Shown in pieces: positions 1-8,588 of a stretch of DNA of 35,084 bases (its first letter is position 1; each line of letters begins with the position of its first letter). Source of the stretch: a virus (lineage: Duplodnaviria > Caudoviricetes); the IMG/VR virus record IMGVR_UViG_3300043391_000453, positions 1 through 35,084 of that record; one strand, given 5' to 3'. The notes below the pieces were generated by a model that was not told where the DNA came from, ran no database searches, and saw only the letters and a list, made by a program, of their open reading frames with translations. A program made the translations under genes and the position numbers.

Positions 1-127
1 TCTCAGGACATTCTTGACGGGCTTGGCTCACCGGAAATGGTGCCGGAGCGCAAGATGGTCGTGGACGACTATACGCTGCGCGACGAGTTCGAGCGCAAGC
101 GGTGGCAGGAAGACAAGCCGAATGGCC
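1..127. repeat. Terminal direct repeat, left copy (circular assembly overlap)
   Basis: 1-127 is identical to 34958-35084. The reading frame that starts at 34091 continues through the join into 1..3558. Confidence 0.95.
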
Positions 128-3100
128 GCAAGGGCATGGCTCCCGACTCCTTTCGCGATGCGGACGAGTTCATCAACTTCCGCCAGCGCGAGGCGGTGTG
201 GTCGAGGCTTCTGACCCAGAACCCCGGCGAGACGGTCGCTGACTTTGCCAACCGGGTGCAGGAGGCAGCTCTCAACGACCTCAAGGCCAGCCGAGTGTCG
301 GCAACCGTTGCCCGCACGGGCGTCCTTGCGCGGTTCCTTGAAGCCACCAACCGTTCCCCGGTTGCCAATGCAGCTCGGGTTTTCCGCGATGACAATGTGC
401 TGACTGACCTCGTTCTTGGCGTTGCCGGAGACTATGGCTGGATGACAGAAGCCAACCGTGTTGGCGTTGCCACGCCTCCGTCAGTGTTGCTGCACGCGCT
501 GCGGCACAATGCTGTGCGCGCTGACATGCGCCGGGAGCTCGACATCCAGTTCCTCCGTTTTGCTACGGGCAACTCCAGGATCGAGGGCCGCACGTTCCTC
601 GGCCAGAATATGTCTGCCACTGCCGCACGGGCCGGAGCCCGCATTGCCAAGATGCGCGGCCAGAACGTGATGACCTTTACTGACTTCAAGGAGATGGCTG
701 GACGTGCCGTGTTTGACCTCGATCCTTTCGAGGTTAACGGCTTCCCTGTGGTGCCGGAGGCCCGCGAGGTTGCAGACGCATGGAAAAGGATAGCCGAAAA
801 ATATGATGCAGTGCAGCGCGATCTTGGCATGTACCGGGATCAGAACGGCTTGCGCTCGACTGTCCAGAAGGCTGACAACCGCTTGCTTCGGCTGCGCGAT
901 CAGATGGCTCGCTTCCTGTGGAAAACGCCGGGGCTGAACGAGCGCACAACACCGAGCTCTCTGCGCGCTGCCGTCCGGGTGGGTGAGCGCGTCTTCACCG
1001 GAGAAACTCACGACGAAGCCATGATGGCTGTCATTGACCAGTTCGGCCCGGAAGGAAGCCGGATGGTCGGGGAGCTCCCGCCCGAGGCTTTTGGCTGGTC
1101 AGTCACTGATGCCCGGAAATTACCGGATGCACCCTTTGGCGGCGTGCCGCTGACGACAAGGCTACAGGATGCCAATGGCGATCCTCTGCCCCTCAATCAC
1201 GGGACAGGCTCTTGGTTCTCGCGCTTTGCCAAGGAAATGCGCGGCAGCAACACCGAGGCCAAGGACGCTTTCGACGGCGTGTTCTTCGCCACCAACCCTG
1301 ATTTTGCCGAGGGCTTTGCGGGAGCTGAAGGCGGGCGTGTCATCAAGGCGTTTGGCGATGCAGCCAACCCCGTTGAGTATTTGCCCGGTGAGTACGGCGG
1401 TTTCTTTGAAGGCGGACGCTGGTCTGACCTGATTGCAGAAGCTCGCCGGGAGGGCAACGATGCGGTCATTTTCAAAGACTATGAGTTTGCGGGCGGCAAG
1501 ACCGACATCGTGGTCATGCTGGACGAAAACAATATCTTTGTGGATGGCGAGTCGTTTGTTGGCCTGACGGCCAAGGAAGCCGAGTTCCGCACCTTTGAGC
1601 AGACTGTGGCTGACCGCGTGGAAACGCTGTCAGAAGGTGCGCGTGCTGTCTATGAGGACATGAGCCAGCAGCTTGCCCGCCTCGAGGCCGAGCACAGCGG
1701 GGCCAAGCAAGCCCTTGATACACTCCGCGACAAGCCGCATCGCTTTGTGGATCAGCAGGGCCGGACGGAGGGCTATTTCACCCGGTACTATCACAAGCCC
1801 AAGATCATGGAGGCGCGCGCCAAGTTCACGCGCCTCATCAAGCACATCTTCTCCAAGGACAACCCGGCTGGCGCTGCCGAGCGAGCGGAAGCCTTTGTCG
1901 ATGATTTGCTGGGCCTGAGCGACAATGCCGATGAAGGCCCGGTCGCGGCCACGGGGATGCGGCATCTGAACGAGCGCAAGATCGACGTGCCCAACAGCTT
2001 CAGGGTCGATGACCCCGAATACGGCGAGCTGCGACTTTCCGACTTTATCGAAACGGACATTGAGGTGATTTCGGATACCTACATCCGCCGCGCCGGAGCC
2101 CGCATCGAGATGACCCGTGCCTATGGCGATCCCCAGATGTGGGACAAGCTGCACGAAGCCGAGATGCACTGGCGCGAAAAGAACCTGACCCCGGACATGA
2201 CGCCTGCCCAGATCAAGGCAGCACGGGCTGAATGGGATGAGTACAAGGGCTGGGTTGAACTGGCCCGCGACGATGTGCTTGGCACGCTCAAGACGGCCGA
2301 TCCTTGGCGCATGGACAATAAGTGGGCACGGCGGCTTTCTAACACTGCCAACCTGACACTGCTTGGCTCTGTGATCAAGTCGGTGCCGCCTGAGCTTGTG
2401 CGCAATCCAATGGTCAATGGCTGGGGGACGGCATTCAAGGCGATCTTTACGGACTGGTTTCGTGATCTGGACGAGCTGAAGCTTGACCGGGCTACACGGC
2501 TTGAGACGGGCGAACTCGTCGATATGATGCTGACCACTGCTGGCTCTCAGCTTCATGAGATCAACACAGCTGATGTTCGCGCTGGTTCGTCTTTTGATCG
2601 TGGCTTGAACAATCTTCAAAACCCTTTCTTCAAGGCCAACGGGCTGACCCCGTGGACGACCTGGCAGAAGACTGCTGTGCATATAGCCACTCAGCACCGG
2701 GTCATGAAGGAGGCTGTTGCCATCGCGGATGCGGTCAAGGCTGGCCGCGACCCCGATGCAAAGATGGTGGCGCGCAATGCTGCTTTGGGTATCTCGCTCA
2801 GCGACAATCTGGTGCTGGCAAAGATGCCGTTCGAGAAGGGCGTTGACGGCCTCATCAAGCCTGCCGTCCAGAACTGGAAGGGCGGCGAAGGCCGCATGGC
2901 CCGCACCAAGCTGCTGGGCGCGCTGGCTGGGGAATCCGGCCGTACCGTCGTTACGCCTCGGGCTGGTGACTTGCCGCTCCCGGCCAAGGGCGTCTTTGCC
3001 TTCAGGGGCGAGAAGGTGTTCGAGTCCGATCTGCTGGGGCTGTTCTTCAAGTTCGGCAATTATGGTTTGGCGGCGACACAGAAGATTGCTCTGTCTGGTC

Positions 3101-3558
3101 TTCAGGGGCGAGATCAGGCTCCTGTATCAGGGGTGCTTGCCATGTTTATGCTGGGTGCTTTTTCAGTCTGGCTAAAGACACCGGAGAACGCTTGGCGCAA
3201 CAAATCCTACGAGGACATTCTGCTCGAGTCCTATGAAGCCTCGGGTGTTGGCGGCTATTTCCTCAATGACATCAACAAGATAATTGAAACTTATTCGATG
3301 CAGACCATCGGTCTTCGCCCTGCCCTTGGGCTTGACCCGCAGTTTGCCAACGACACCGAGATGGCAAAGTACGCTCGGATGCTGGGGCCGGGTGGCGCTG
3401 CAATCTCGAACATCACCCGCGCGCTGACCGACCCGGAGCTGTCCACCAGCAATCGGGCGCAGCTGATCCGGCGCACGATCCCCGGTGCCACCCTGTTCTA
3501 TCTCAATGGCATCACCCGCGATCTGGTCTCGGCGGCGACCGGAGGCATGGACGAATAG
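1..3558 (+). CDS. Large internal virion/ejection protein (T7 gp16 position), C-terminal part; full gene 34091->3558 across the join, about 1474 aa, with an inserted ADP-ribosyltransferase-like domain
   Basis: Frame +1 is open from base 1 (TCT CAG GAC ... ATG at 37) and in frame with the ATG at 34091. It is the last of three internal virion genes before the tail fibre. Motif HGT..F..F...GVFFA...A..F...NP...GNDAVIF at about 1180-1545. Confidence 0.8.
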   Translation, partial: SQDILDGLGSPEMVPERKMVVDDYTLRDEFERKRWQEDKPNGRKGMAPDSFRDADEFINFRQREAVWSRLLTQNPGETVADFANRVQEAALNDLKASRVSATVARTGVLARFLEATNRSPVANAARVFRDDNVLTDLVLGVAGDYGWMTEANRVGVATPPSVLLHALRHNAVRADMRRELDIQFLRFATGNSRIEGRTFLGQNMSATAARAGARIAKMRGQNVMTFTDFKEMAGRAVFDLDPFEVNGFPVVPEAREVADAWKRIAEKYDAVQRDLGMYRDQNGLRSTVQKADNRLLRLRDQMARFLWKTPGLNERTTPSSLRAAVRVGERVFTGETHDEAMMAVIDQFGPEGSRMVGELPPEAFGWSVTDARKLPDAPFGGVPLTTRLQDANGDPLPLNHGTGSWFSRFAKEMRGSNTEAKDAFDGVFFATNPDFAEGFAGAEGGRVIKAFGDAANPVEYLPGEYGGFFEGGRWSDLIAEARREGNDAVIFKDYEFAGGKTDIVVMLDENNIFVDGESFVGLTAKEAEFRTFEQTVADRVETLSEGARAVYEDMSQQLARLEAEHSGAKQALDTLRDKPHRFVDQQGRTEGYFTRYYHKPKIMEARAKFTRLIKHIFSKDNPAGAAERAEAFVDDLLGLSDNADEGPVAATGMRHLNERKIDVPNSFRVDDPEYGELRLSDFIETDIEVISDTYIRRAGARIEMTRAYGDPQMWDKLHEAEMHWREKNLTPDMTPAQIKAARAEWDEYKGWVELARDDVLGTLKTADPWRMDNKWARRLSNTANLTLLGSVIKSVPPELVRNPMVNGWGTAFKAIFTDWFRDLDELKLDRATRLETGELVDMMLTTAGSQLHEINTADVRAGSSFDRGLNNLQNPFFKANGLTPWTTWQKTAVHIATQHRVMKEAVAIADAVKAGRDPDAKMVARNAALGISLSDNLVLAKMPFEKGVDGLIKPAVQNWKGGEGRMARTKLLGALAGESGRTVVTPRAGDLPLPAKGVFAFRGEKVFESDLLGLFFKFGNYGLAATQKIALSGLQGRDQAPVSGVLAMFMLGAFSVWLKTPENAWRNKSYEDILLESYEASGVGGYFLNDINKIIETYSMQTIGLRPALGLDPQFANDTEMAKYARMLGPGGAAISNITRALTDPELSTSNRAQLIRRTIPGATLFYLNGITRDLVSAATGGMDE

Positions 3559-3591
3559 TGCGTTCGGGCTGCATTGACGCTCGTTTACAAA
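3558..3591 (+). promoter_or_regulatory. Putative late promoter GTGCGTT-N21-TACAAA upstream of tail fibre
   Basis: One of four copies at late-gene junctions with identical 21-nt spacing to a TA-initiated -10-like hexamer. Confidence 0.65.
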
Positions 3592-3611
3592 GGCCGAAAG
3601 GAGACTGAAAA

Positions 3612-6152
3612 GTGGCTCAAGACATCAACAACACGCCGAACCGGGTGCGGTACACGGCCACTTCGGGCCAGACGGCATTCACTGTGCCGTTCGAGTTCAC
3701 GGCCAATGCTGATCTAAAGCTCTACCAGAATGGCACGCTCAAGACGATCACGACCCACTACACGCTGACCGGGGCTGGCGTGACGGGCGGCGGCACGCTG
3801 ACGCTTGTGACGGGAGCCACGCTCAACGACGACATCCTGATCGTCCGCGACATTCCCAAGGAGCGCCAGGGCGACTTCCCGGCTTCCGGCATCTTTGACA
3901 TCGAGAGCCTGAACTCCCAGCTCGACAAGCATGTCATGATGCTCAAGGACATCGAGACGCGCCTCGATCGTCGCGCGCTTGTCATGGGCGTGACCGACCT
4001 GCCCGAGGATCTCAATGACCTTCCTGCCAAGGCAAGCCGAGCCTCCAAGGTCTTGGCGTTTGACGCCAACGGTCAGCCGATTGCTCAGGCGGCGGATGCC
4101 CACACGCACTCCCTTTCGGGCGTGGCGGGCCTTGAAGACGCGCTGGATGACAAGGCGGAAGCTGTCCACACCCATCTCATTGCCGATGTCTCTGGCTTGC
4201 AGTCGGCCCTGAACGAAAAGGCTGCGACTACGCACAGCCATGCGATCAGCGATGTCACGAACCTTCAGACTTCGCTCGACGGCAAAGCTGCATCTGTGCA
4301 TGACCATGAGATTTCTGATGTGACCGGGCTGCAAACTGCCCTTGATGCCAAGGCGTCCGGTACTCACAATCACGATGACCGCTATTACACTGAGACGGAA
4401 ACGGACACGCTTCTGGCTGGCAAGTCCAACACGGGCCACACCCACGACGACCGTTATTACACCGAGACAGAAGTCAACACCTTGCTTGCTGGCAAGGCTG
4501 CTTCTTCGCACAGCCACGCCATCAGCGATGTAACCAACTTGCAAACCTCGCTTGATGGCAAGGCTGCGGCTTCTCACAGCCATGCCATCAGTGATGTAAC
4601 TGGGCTTCAGACTGCGCTCGATGGCAAGGCGGCGAGCTCTCATACTCACGCGATCTCAAATGTCACGGGGCTGCAAACGGCTCTCGATGGCAAGGCAAGC
4701 ACAAGCCACACCCACGCGATCAGCGACACGACAGGTTTGCAGACTGCCCTTGATGGCAAGGCGGCAAGCTCTCACACGCACACCGCATCTTCGATCACGG
4801 ATTTCAGCGAGGCCGTCGATGATGAGGTGGCTTCACTTCTTGTCGCTGGCAGCAACATCACGCTGACTTACAATGATGCGGCCAACACTTTGACGATTGC
4901 CTCGAGCGGAGGCGGTGGCGGTGGCTCGATCTCGGATGGCGACAAGGGCGACATCACGGTGTCGGCATCTGGCGCGACCTGGACGATTGATGCTGGCGCT
5001 GTCGGCACCTCCAAGCTCGGCGGTGACATTACCACGGCGGGCAAGGCGTTGCTCGATGACGCCGATGCGGCGGCTCAGCGCACTACGCTGGGCTTGGGGT
5101 CGATTGCCACACAAGCGGCAAACAGCGTGTCGATCACGGGCGGCTCGGTTTCCGGTATCACCGATCTTGCCATTGCTGATGGCGGCACCGGGCAATCCTC
5201 GGCCTCGGCTGCGGCAAACGCGCTTGATGGCTACTTGGCTATCACAACGGCTGCTGGCACTACTACACTGGACAATGCCAGCCCCCGAAACATTGTTCTC
5301 ACCGGAACATTGGCGCAAACAATTCGACTGCCTGATGTGACAACCCTTCAGCTTGGCTGGTCATACACAATCACCAACGCATCATCAGGCACTGTCACTA
5401 TTCAATCATCGGGCGCTAACAACTTTGGAAATACACTAACTGGCGGGATGACTGGCCGCTTTGTGTGCATTGCACTCACTGGCACTACCACTGGCTCGTG
5501 GGTTCAAGTCTTCAATGGAGCGACTAGCCGAACTGGTACTGGCGGTCTTGTCTACTCAACAAACCCAGCCTTGTTTGGCGCAACAATCAACAACGCCCGC
5601 TACACTCTGGAAACGATTACGGCTGGCACAAACGCTCAAAACCAAGGCGCTATTGGCTCATCCACTGAGATTGCTGTTGTAACAACCACGGCGAACAATC
5701 CCTCTGGCGTGACGCTCAACACTGCCGCTGCGGGCAAGAGAACGACCGTCTTCAACCTTGGCACAAATCCAATCGTTGTTTACCCGCTCTCCGGCACAGC
5801 GATTAACGGTCTTGCCGCCAACGCGGGTGTTACCATTCCGGTCGGCTATTCACTGGAGTTTGAGGCTCAATCTGCAACTCAATGGCGGACAAGCAGTCTT
5901 GGCACTTCTGGTGAGGTTCTCGTTTCGCAGGGCTCGGCTTCTGCGCCGGTATTCTCCAGCCTCATGTCTTCAAACATCTCGAACTTCAGCGAAGCTGTTG
6001 ATGACGAAGTAGCCTCACTGCTGGTGGCTGGCAGCAACATCACGCTGACTTACAACGACGCGGCAAACACCTTGACCATTGCATCCACTGGAGGCGGCGG
6101 TGGCGGGGTTACTGTTGACGAGGCAATCGCATTCTCTCTGGCATTGGGGTAA
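3612..6152 (+). CDS. Tail fibre protein (podovirus N-terminal adaptor, HxH repeats, duplicated module)
   Basis: GTG start after AAGGAG. N-terminus RVRYTATSGQTAFTVPF resembles T7 gp17-type adaptors. Contains HSHAISDVTGLQTALDGK repeats and ends ..AIAFSLALG. Confidence 0.88.
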   Translation: MAQDINNTPNRVRYTATSGQTAFTVPFEFTANADLKLYQNGTLKTITTHYTLTGAGVTGGGTLTLVTGATLNDDILIVRDIPKERQGDFPASGIFDIESLNSQLDKHVMMLKDIETRLDRRALVMGVTDLPEDLNDLPAKASRASKVLAFDANGQPIAQAADAHTHSLSGVAGLEDALDDKAEAVHTHLIADVSGLQSALNEKAATTHSHAISDVTNLQTSLDGKAASVHDHEISDVTGLQTALDAKASGTHNHDDRYYTETETDTLLAGKSNTGHTHDDRYYTETEVNTLLAGKAASSHSHAISDVTNLQTSLDGKAAASHSHAISDVTGLQTALDGKAASSHTHAISNVTGLQTALDGKASTSHTHAISDTTGLQTALDGKAASSHTHTASSITDFSEAVDDEVASLLVAGSNITLTYNDAANTLTIASSGGGGGGSISDGDKGDITVSASGATWTIDAGAVGTSKLGGDITTAGKALLDDADAAAQRTTLGLGSIATQAANSVSITGGSVSGITDLAIADGGTGQSSASAAANALDGYLAITTAAGTTTLDNASPRNIVLTGTLAQTIRLPDVTTLQLGWSYTITNASSGTVTIQSSGANNFGNTLTGGMTGRFVCIALTGTTTGSWVQVFNGATSRTGTGGLVYSTNPALFGATINNARYTLETITAGTNAQNQGAIGSSTEIAVVTTTANNPSGVTLNTAAAGKRTTVFNLGTNPIVVYPLSGTAINGLAANAGVTIPVGYSLEFEAQSATQWRTSSLGTSGEVLVSQGSASAPVFSSLMSSNISNFSEAVDDEVASLLVAGSNITLTYNDAANTLTIASTGGGGGGVTVDEAIAFSLALG
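4098..4790 (+). repeat. Tandem 66-72 bp coding repeats in tail fibre (8 x HxHxIxDVxGLQxALDxK, 2 x HxHDDRYYTE)
   Basis: Visible in the translation and DNA; 11 HxH motifs in total. Phage tail repeat-like (PTR) pattern. Confidence 0.85.
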
Positions 6153-6155
6153 CAA

Positions 6156-6488
6156 ATGGCAAGCACCTTCACACGAAAAACATCGAGCGGCATCGGCACC
6201 ACTCCTACGGCGGTAGGTTCTTACACAGTGCCAAGCGGGACAACAGCAACGGCCATTGGCTTGAGCGTTGCCAACACCTCTGCAAATCAGGTCACTGTTG
6301 ATGTCGCGCTGTACAATGGCACGACTGATTTCTTTATCTTAAGAAATGTGCCGATTGCACCTGGCGCTTCGGTGTTCCCCATTGGCGGTGGACAGAAAGT
6401 TGTTCTCGCCGCTGGCGACTCCATTCGTATTGATTCAAGCGCGGCATCTTCTGTTGACGCCATTCTCAGCCTTCTGGAGATTACCTAA
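6156..6488 (+). CDS. Small tail-fibre connector/adaptor protein
   Basis: MASTF...KVVLAAGDSIRIDSSAASSVDAILSLLEIT lies between a fibre ending in ALG and a gene beginning MLYIGNQP, an arrangement I recognise from aquatic podovirus tail cassettes. Confidence 0.7.
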   Translation: MASTFTRKTSSGIGTTPTAVGSYTVPSGTTATAIGLSVANTSANQVTVDVALYNGTTDFFILRNVPIAPGASVFPIGGGQKVVLAAGDSIRIDSSAASSVDAILSLLEIT

Positions 6489-7354
6489 TGCTTTACATTG
6501 GAAACCAACCAACTCCGACTCTTGCGCTGCTTGACACCCAAACATTCAATTCCTCCGGCACTTGGAATAAGCCTGCCGCTGGTCGGTTTGCCCTTGTTCG
6601 TTGCTGGGGCGGAGGCGGTTCAGGCGGTCGTGGCAACAATACCAACCGTGGTGGCGGCGGTGGTGGCGGCGGTTTTTCTGAAGTCGTGCTTAGCTTGGCT
6701 CCTCTTTCAAGTACGGTATCGGTCACTGTCGGGGCGGGTGGTGCTGCTGTCACTGTTGCGGGCAATGGCAACAATGGCGGGACGACAACATTTGGAAGTC
6801 TTGCTCAGGCCGGAGGTGGCGCTGGTGGCACAGGGACTAACACTGAGGGCGAAGGCGGCGGCGGTGGCGGATCATTTTCTTCGGCAAGCGGAACTAGTGG
6901 GGGGCTTGCAGCCGATGACATACTTGCAGCGCTTCTTATTTCTGACGGTGTGTATATCGATAATTCGGGAAGCCCTTCGCTGCCTTACGGTTATGTTTTG
7001 AACACCGGGGCACTCGCTAATTCAAAAAATGGGGCCGGAGGCGCTGGGGGGGTAGCTTTTGCTGAACCGGGACGTAGCGCAACATTTGGCGGCAGTGGCG
7101 GTGGCCGTGCTAAATCTGGTGGTGGCCGTGACGGTGGAGCCACAGTATGGGGCGGTAGCGGCGGCGGGGGAGGCGGCAGCACTGGCGGTGGTGTGGCAGG
7201 AACCACCACGTATGGTGGCGCTGGTTCTGCTGGGACAACAGGAACCACAGCTTCTTCTGCTGCAACGCAGCCCGGTGGCGGTTCGGGCGGTACGAACAAC
7301 GCTAACGTAGGCAAGGGCGGCGATGGCCGCTGTGTCGTTTATGTTTATGGGTGA
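6488..7354 (+). CDS. Glycine-rich distal tail fibre / receptor-binding protein
   Basis: TAATG-coupled to the previous gene. QTFNSSGTWNKP..VRCWGGGGSGG..GGGGGG..VSVTVGAGG..GKGGDGRCVV is the glycine-rich adhesin-type pattern. Confidence 0.75.
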   Translation: MLYIGNQPTPTLALLDTQTFNSSGTWNKPAAGRFALVRCWGGGGSGGRGNNTNRGGGGGGGGFSEVVLSLAPLSSTVSVTVGAGGAAVTVAGNGNNGGTTTFGSLAQAGGGAGGTGTNTEGEGGGGGGSFSSASGTSGGLAADDILAALLISDGVYIDNSGSPSLPYGYVLNTGALANSKNGAGGAGGVAFAEPGRSATFGGSGGGRAKSGGGRDGGATVWGGSGGGGGGSTGGGVAGTTTYGGAGSAGTTGTTASSAATQPGGGSGGTNNANVGKGGDGRCVVYVYG

Positions 7355-7358
7355 CATC

Positions 7359-7541
7359 ATGAAAACTTACGCAGTGGTCGAGAGCGGCATCGTCATCAAC
7401 GTGGTGGCATGGGACGGGATGACCAGCTGGAGTCCGCCAGAAGGGGCGCAGGTGGTCGAAACCGAGGAGGCTGGCATTGGCTGGCTCTATGACGGAACGG
7501 CCTTCCAGCGCCCTCCTGAGCCTCCGCAAGAGCCTGCCTGA
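7359..7541 (+). CDS. Putative tail fibre assembly protein (60 aa)
   Basis: MKTYAVVESGIVINVVAWDG...AGIGWLYDGTAF, a pattern typical of chaperones after glycine-rich fibres. ATG 7359 is in frame with ORF 7323..7541. Confidence 0.65.
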   Translation: MKTYAVVESGIVINVVAWDGMTSWSPPEGAQVVETEEAGIGWLYDGTAFQRPPEPPQEPA

Positions 7542-7545
7542 ATTG

Positions 7546-7579
7546 GTGCGTTTTGGCTTCCGACCCTTCGGGCTATTTC
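7546..7579 (+). promoter_or_regulatory. Putative late promoter GTGCGTT-N21-TATTTC upstream of lysis cassette
   Basis: Same motif and spacing as the copies at 3558, 22182 and 25907. Confidence 0.65.
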
Positions 7580-7614
7580 ATGAATAGCAAGGAGGAGAAT
7601 GGAGCCATGCAACA

Positions 7615-7935
7615 ATGCCGAACAGTCCCTTCACGATCGAGTTTCTCAATGCGCTCGCGGCATCTGGCGTTGGCTCCGTTATCGGCATGGCGTTCAAGAT
7701 GATGCGCTCCCCTCCCCCTACGCTTTGGCAGGCAGTTGGCGGGGCGTTCACCGCAATCACGGTTGGCACATTGGTCGGCGGCATGTGCAGCGAATACTTC
7801 CAGCTTGGCCCGTGGATCACCAGCTCGGCTGCTGCCGCTGCGGCCTACATCTCCGACGAGCTGCTTCGTGGCATCGAGGTTCACGGCAAGCGGCTCCGGC
7901 AAGGCAAGCTCCCTATCTCCAAGAAAGAGGACTGA
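7615..7935 (+). CDS. Membrane protein, holin candidate
   Basis: Two to three hydrophobic segments, basic C-terminus, TGATG-coupled to the endolysin. Confidence 0.55.
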   Translation: MPNSPFTIEFLNALAASGVGSVIGMAFKMMRSPPPTLWQAVGGAFTAITVGTLVGGMCSEYFQLGPWITSSAAAAAAYISDELLRGIEVHGKRLRQGKLPISKKED

Positions 7936-8366
7936 TGGCCCGCAAGTCCACCCAGTTCATCGTGCTGCATTGCAGCGCAACCCGCCCCATTCAGGACATC
8001 GGGGTCAAGGAGATCCGCGCCTGGCACCGCTCGAAGGGCTGGACAGACATTGGCTATCACTTCGTGATTCGGCGTGGCGGGAACATCGAGCGTGGCCGTC
8101 CGGTCGAGGAAATCGGAGCACACGTGCAGGGCTACAATTCCGTGAGCGTGGGCGTCTGCCTTGTCGGCGGCATTGATGAGTTCAAATGGAACCCCGAGGA
8201 CAACTTCACCAAGGCGCAGTGGGCTTCGCTCAAGGCGCTCGTCACCACGCTGCGGGAGAAATATCCCAAGGCCAAGATTGTCGGCCACCGGGACTTTCCG
8301 GGGGTTGCCAAAGCCTGCCCCTGTTTCGAGGCGAAGGCATGGGCAGTCGAGAACGACTTCGCTTAA
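7935..8366 (+). CDS. Endolysin, N-acetylmuramoyl-L-alanine amidase (T7 lysozyme-like, Amidase_2), 143 aa
   Basis: IVLHCSAT, DIGYHFVI, GAHVQGYN, GHRD and KACPCF motifs with Zn ligands. Likely start is ATG 7935 after GAGGA, not 7599. Confidence 0.93.
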   Translation: MARKSTQFIVLHCSATRPIQDIGVKEIRAWHRSKGWTDIGYHFVIRRGGNIERGRPVEEIGAHVQGYNSVSVGVCLVGGIDEFKWNPEDNFTKAQWASLKALVTTLREKYPKAKIVGHRDFPGVAKACPCFEAKAWAVENDFA

Positions 8367-8384
8367 CTTGCCAAAGGAGCTCAC

Positions 8385-8564
8385 ATGCTTAGTATGTTCT
8401 TAACCCCGGCTGTGCTAGGGTCTGTTGTCCGCCACCTTATGACTACGGCTGGCGGTTCTCTTATCGTTTCTGGTTACGTCAGCTCAGATCAGTGGACGCA
8501 AATCACCGGTGCAGCTGTTACGATTGCCGGTATCGTGTTGGGAATCCTCAATAAAAAGAAGTAA
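8385..8564 (+). CDS. Small two-TM holin-like protein (59 aa, below the ORF-track cutoff)
   Basis: AAGGAG RBS. MLSMFLTPAVLGSVVRHLMTTAGGSLIVSGYVSSDQWTQITGAAVTIAGIVLGILNKKK, with VRH..T..GG motif and a basic tail. Confidence 0.7.
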   Translation: MLSMFLTPAVLGSVVRHLMTTAGGSLIVSGYVSSDQWTQITGAAVTIAGIVLGILNKKK

Positions 8565-8588
8565 CAATATCTGGTGGCAAAGGTTTCT

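Noticed and set aside
4098-4790. Repeats as a CRISPR array or DGR template/variable pair
   Set aside because: They are in-frame coding repeats without spacers, differences are not adenine-specific, and no reverse transcriptase or cas gene is present.
7599-7934. 255-aa endolysin with N-terminal extension
   Set aside because: The extension overlaps the membrane-protein gene in another frame; the amidase has its own RBS and a coupled ATG at 7935.
8385-8396. Met-Leu-Ser-Met as a lambda S-type dual start
   Set aside because: No charged residue between the two Met codons and no second RBS.
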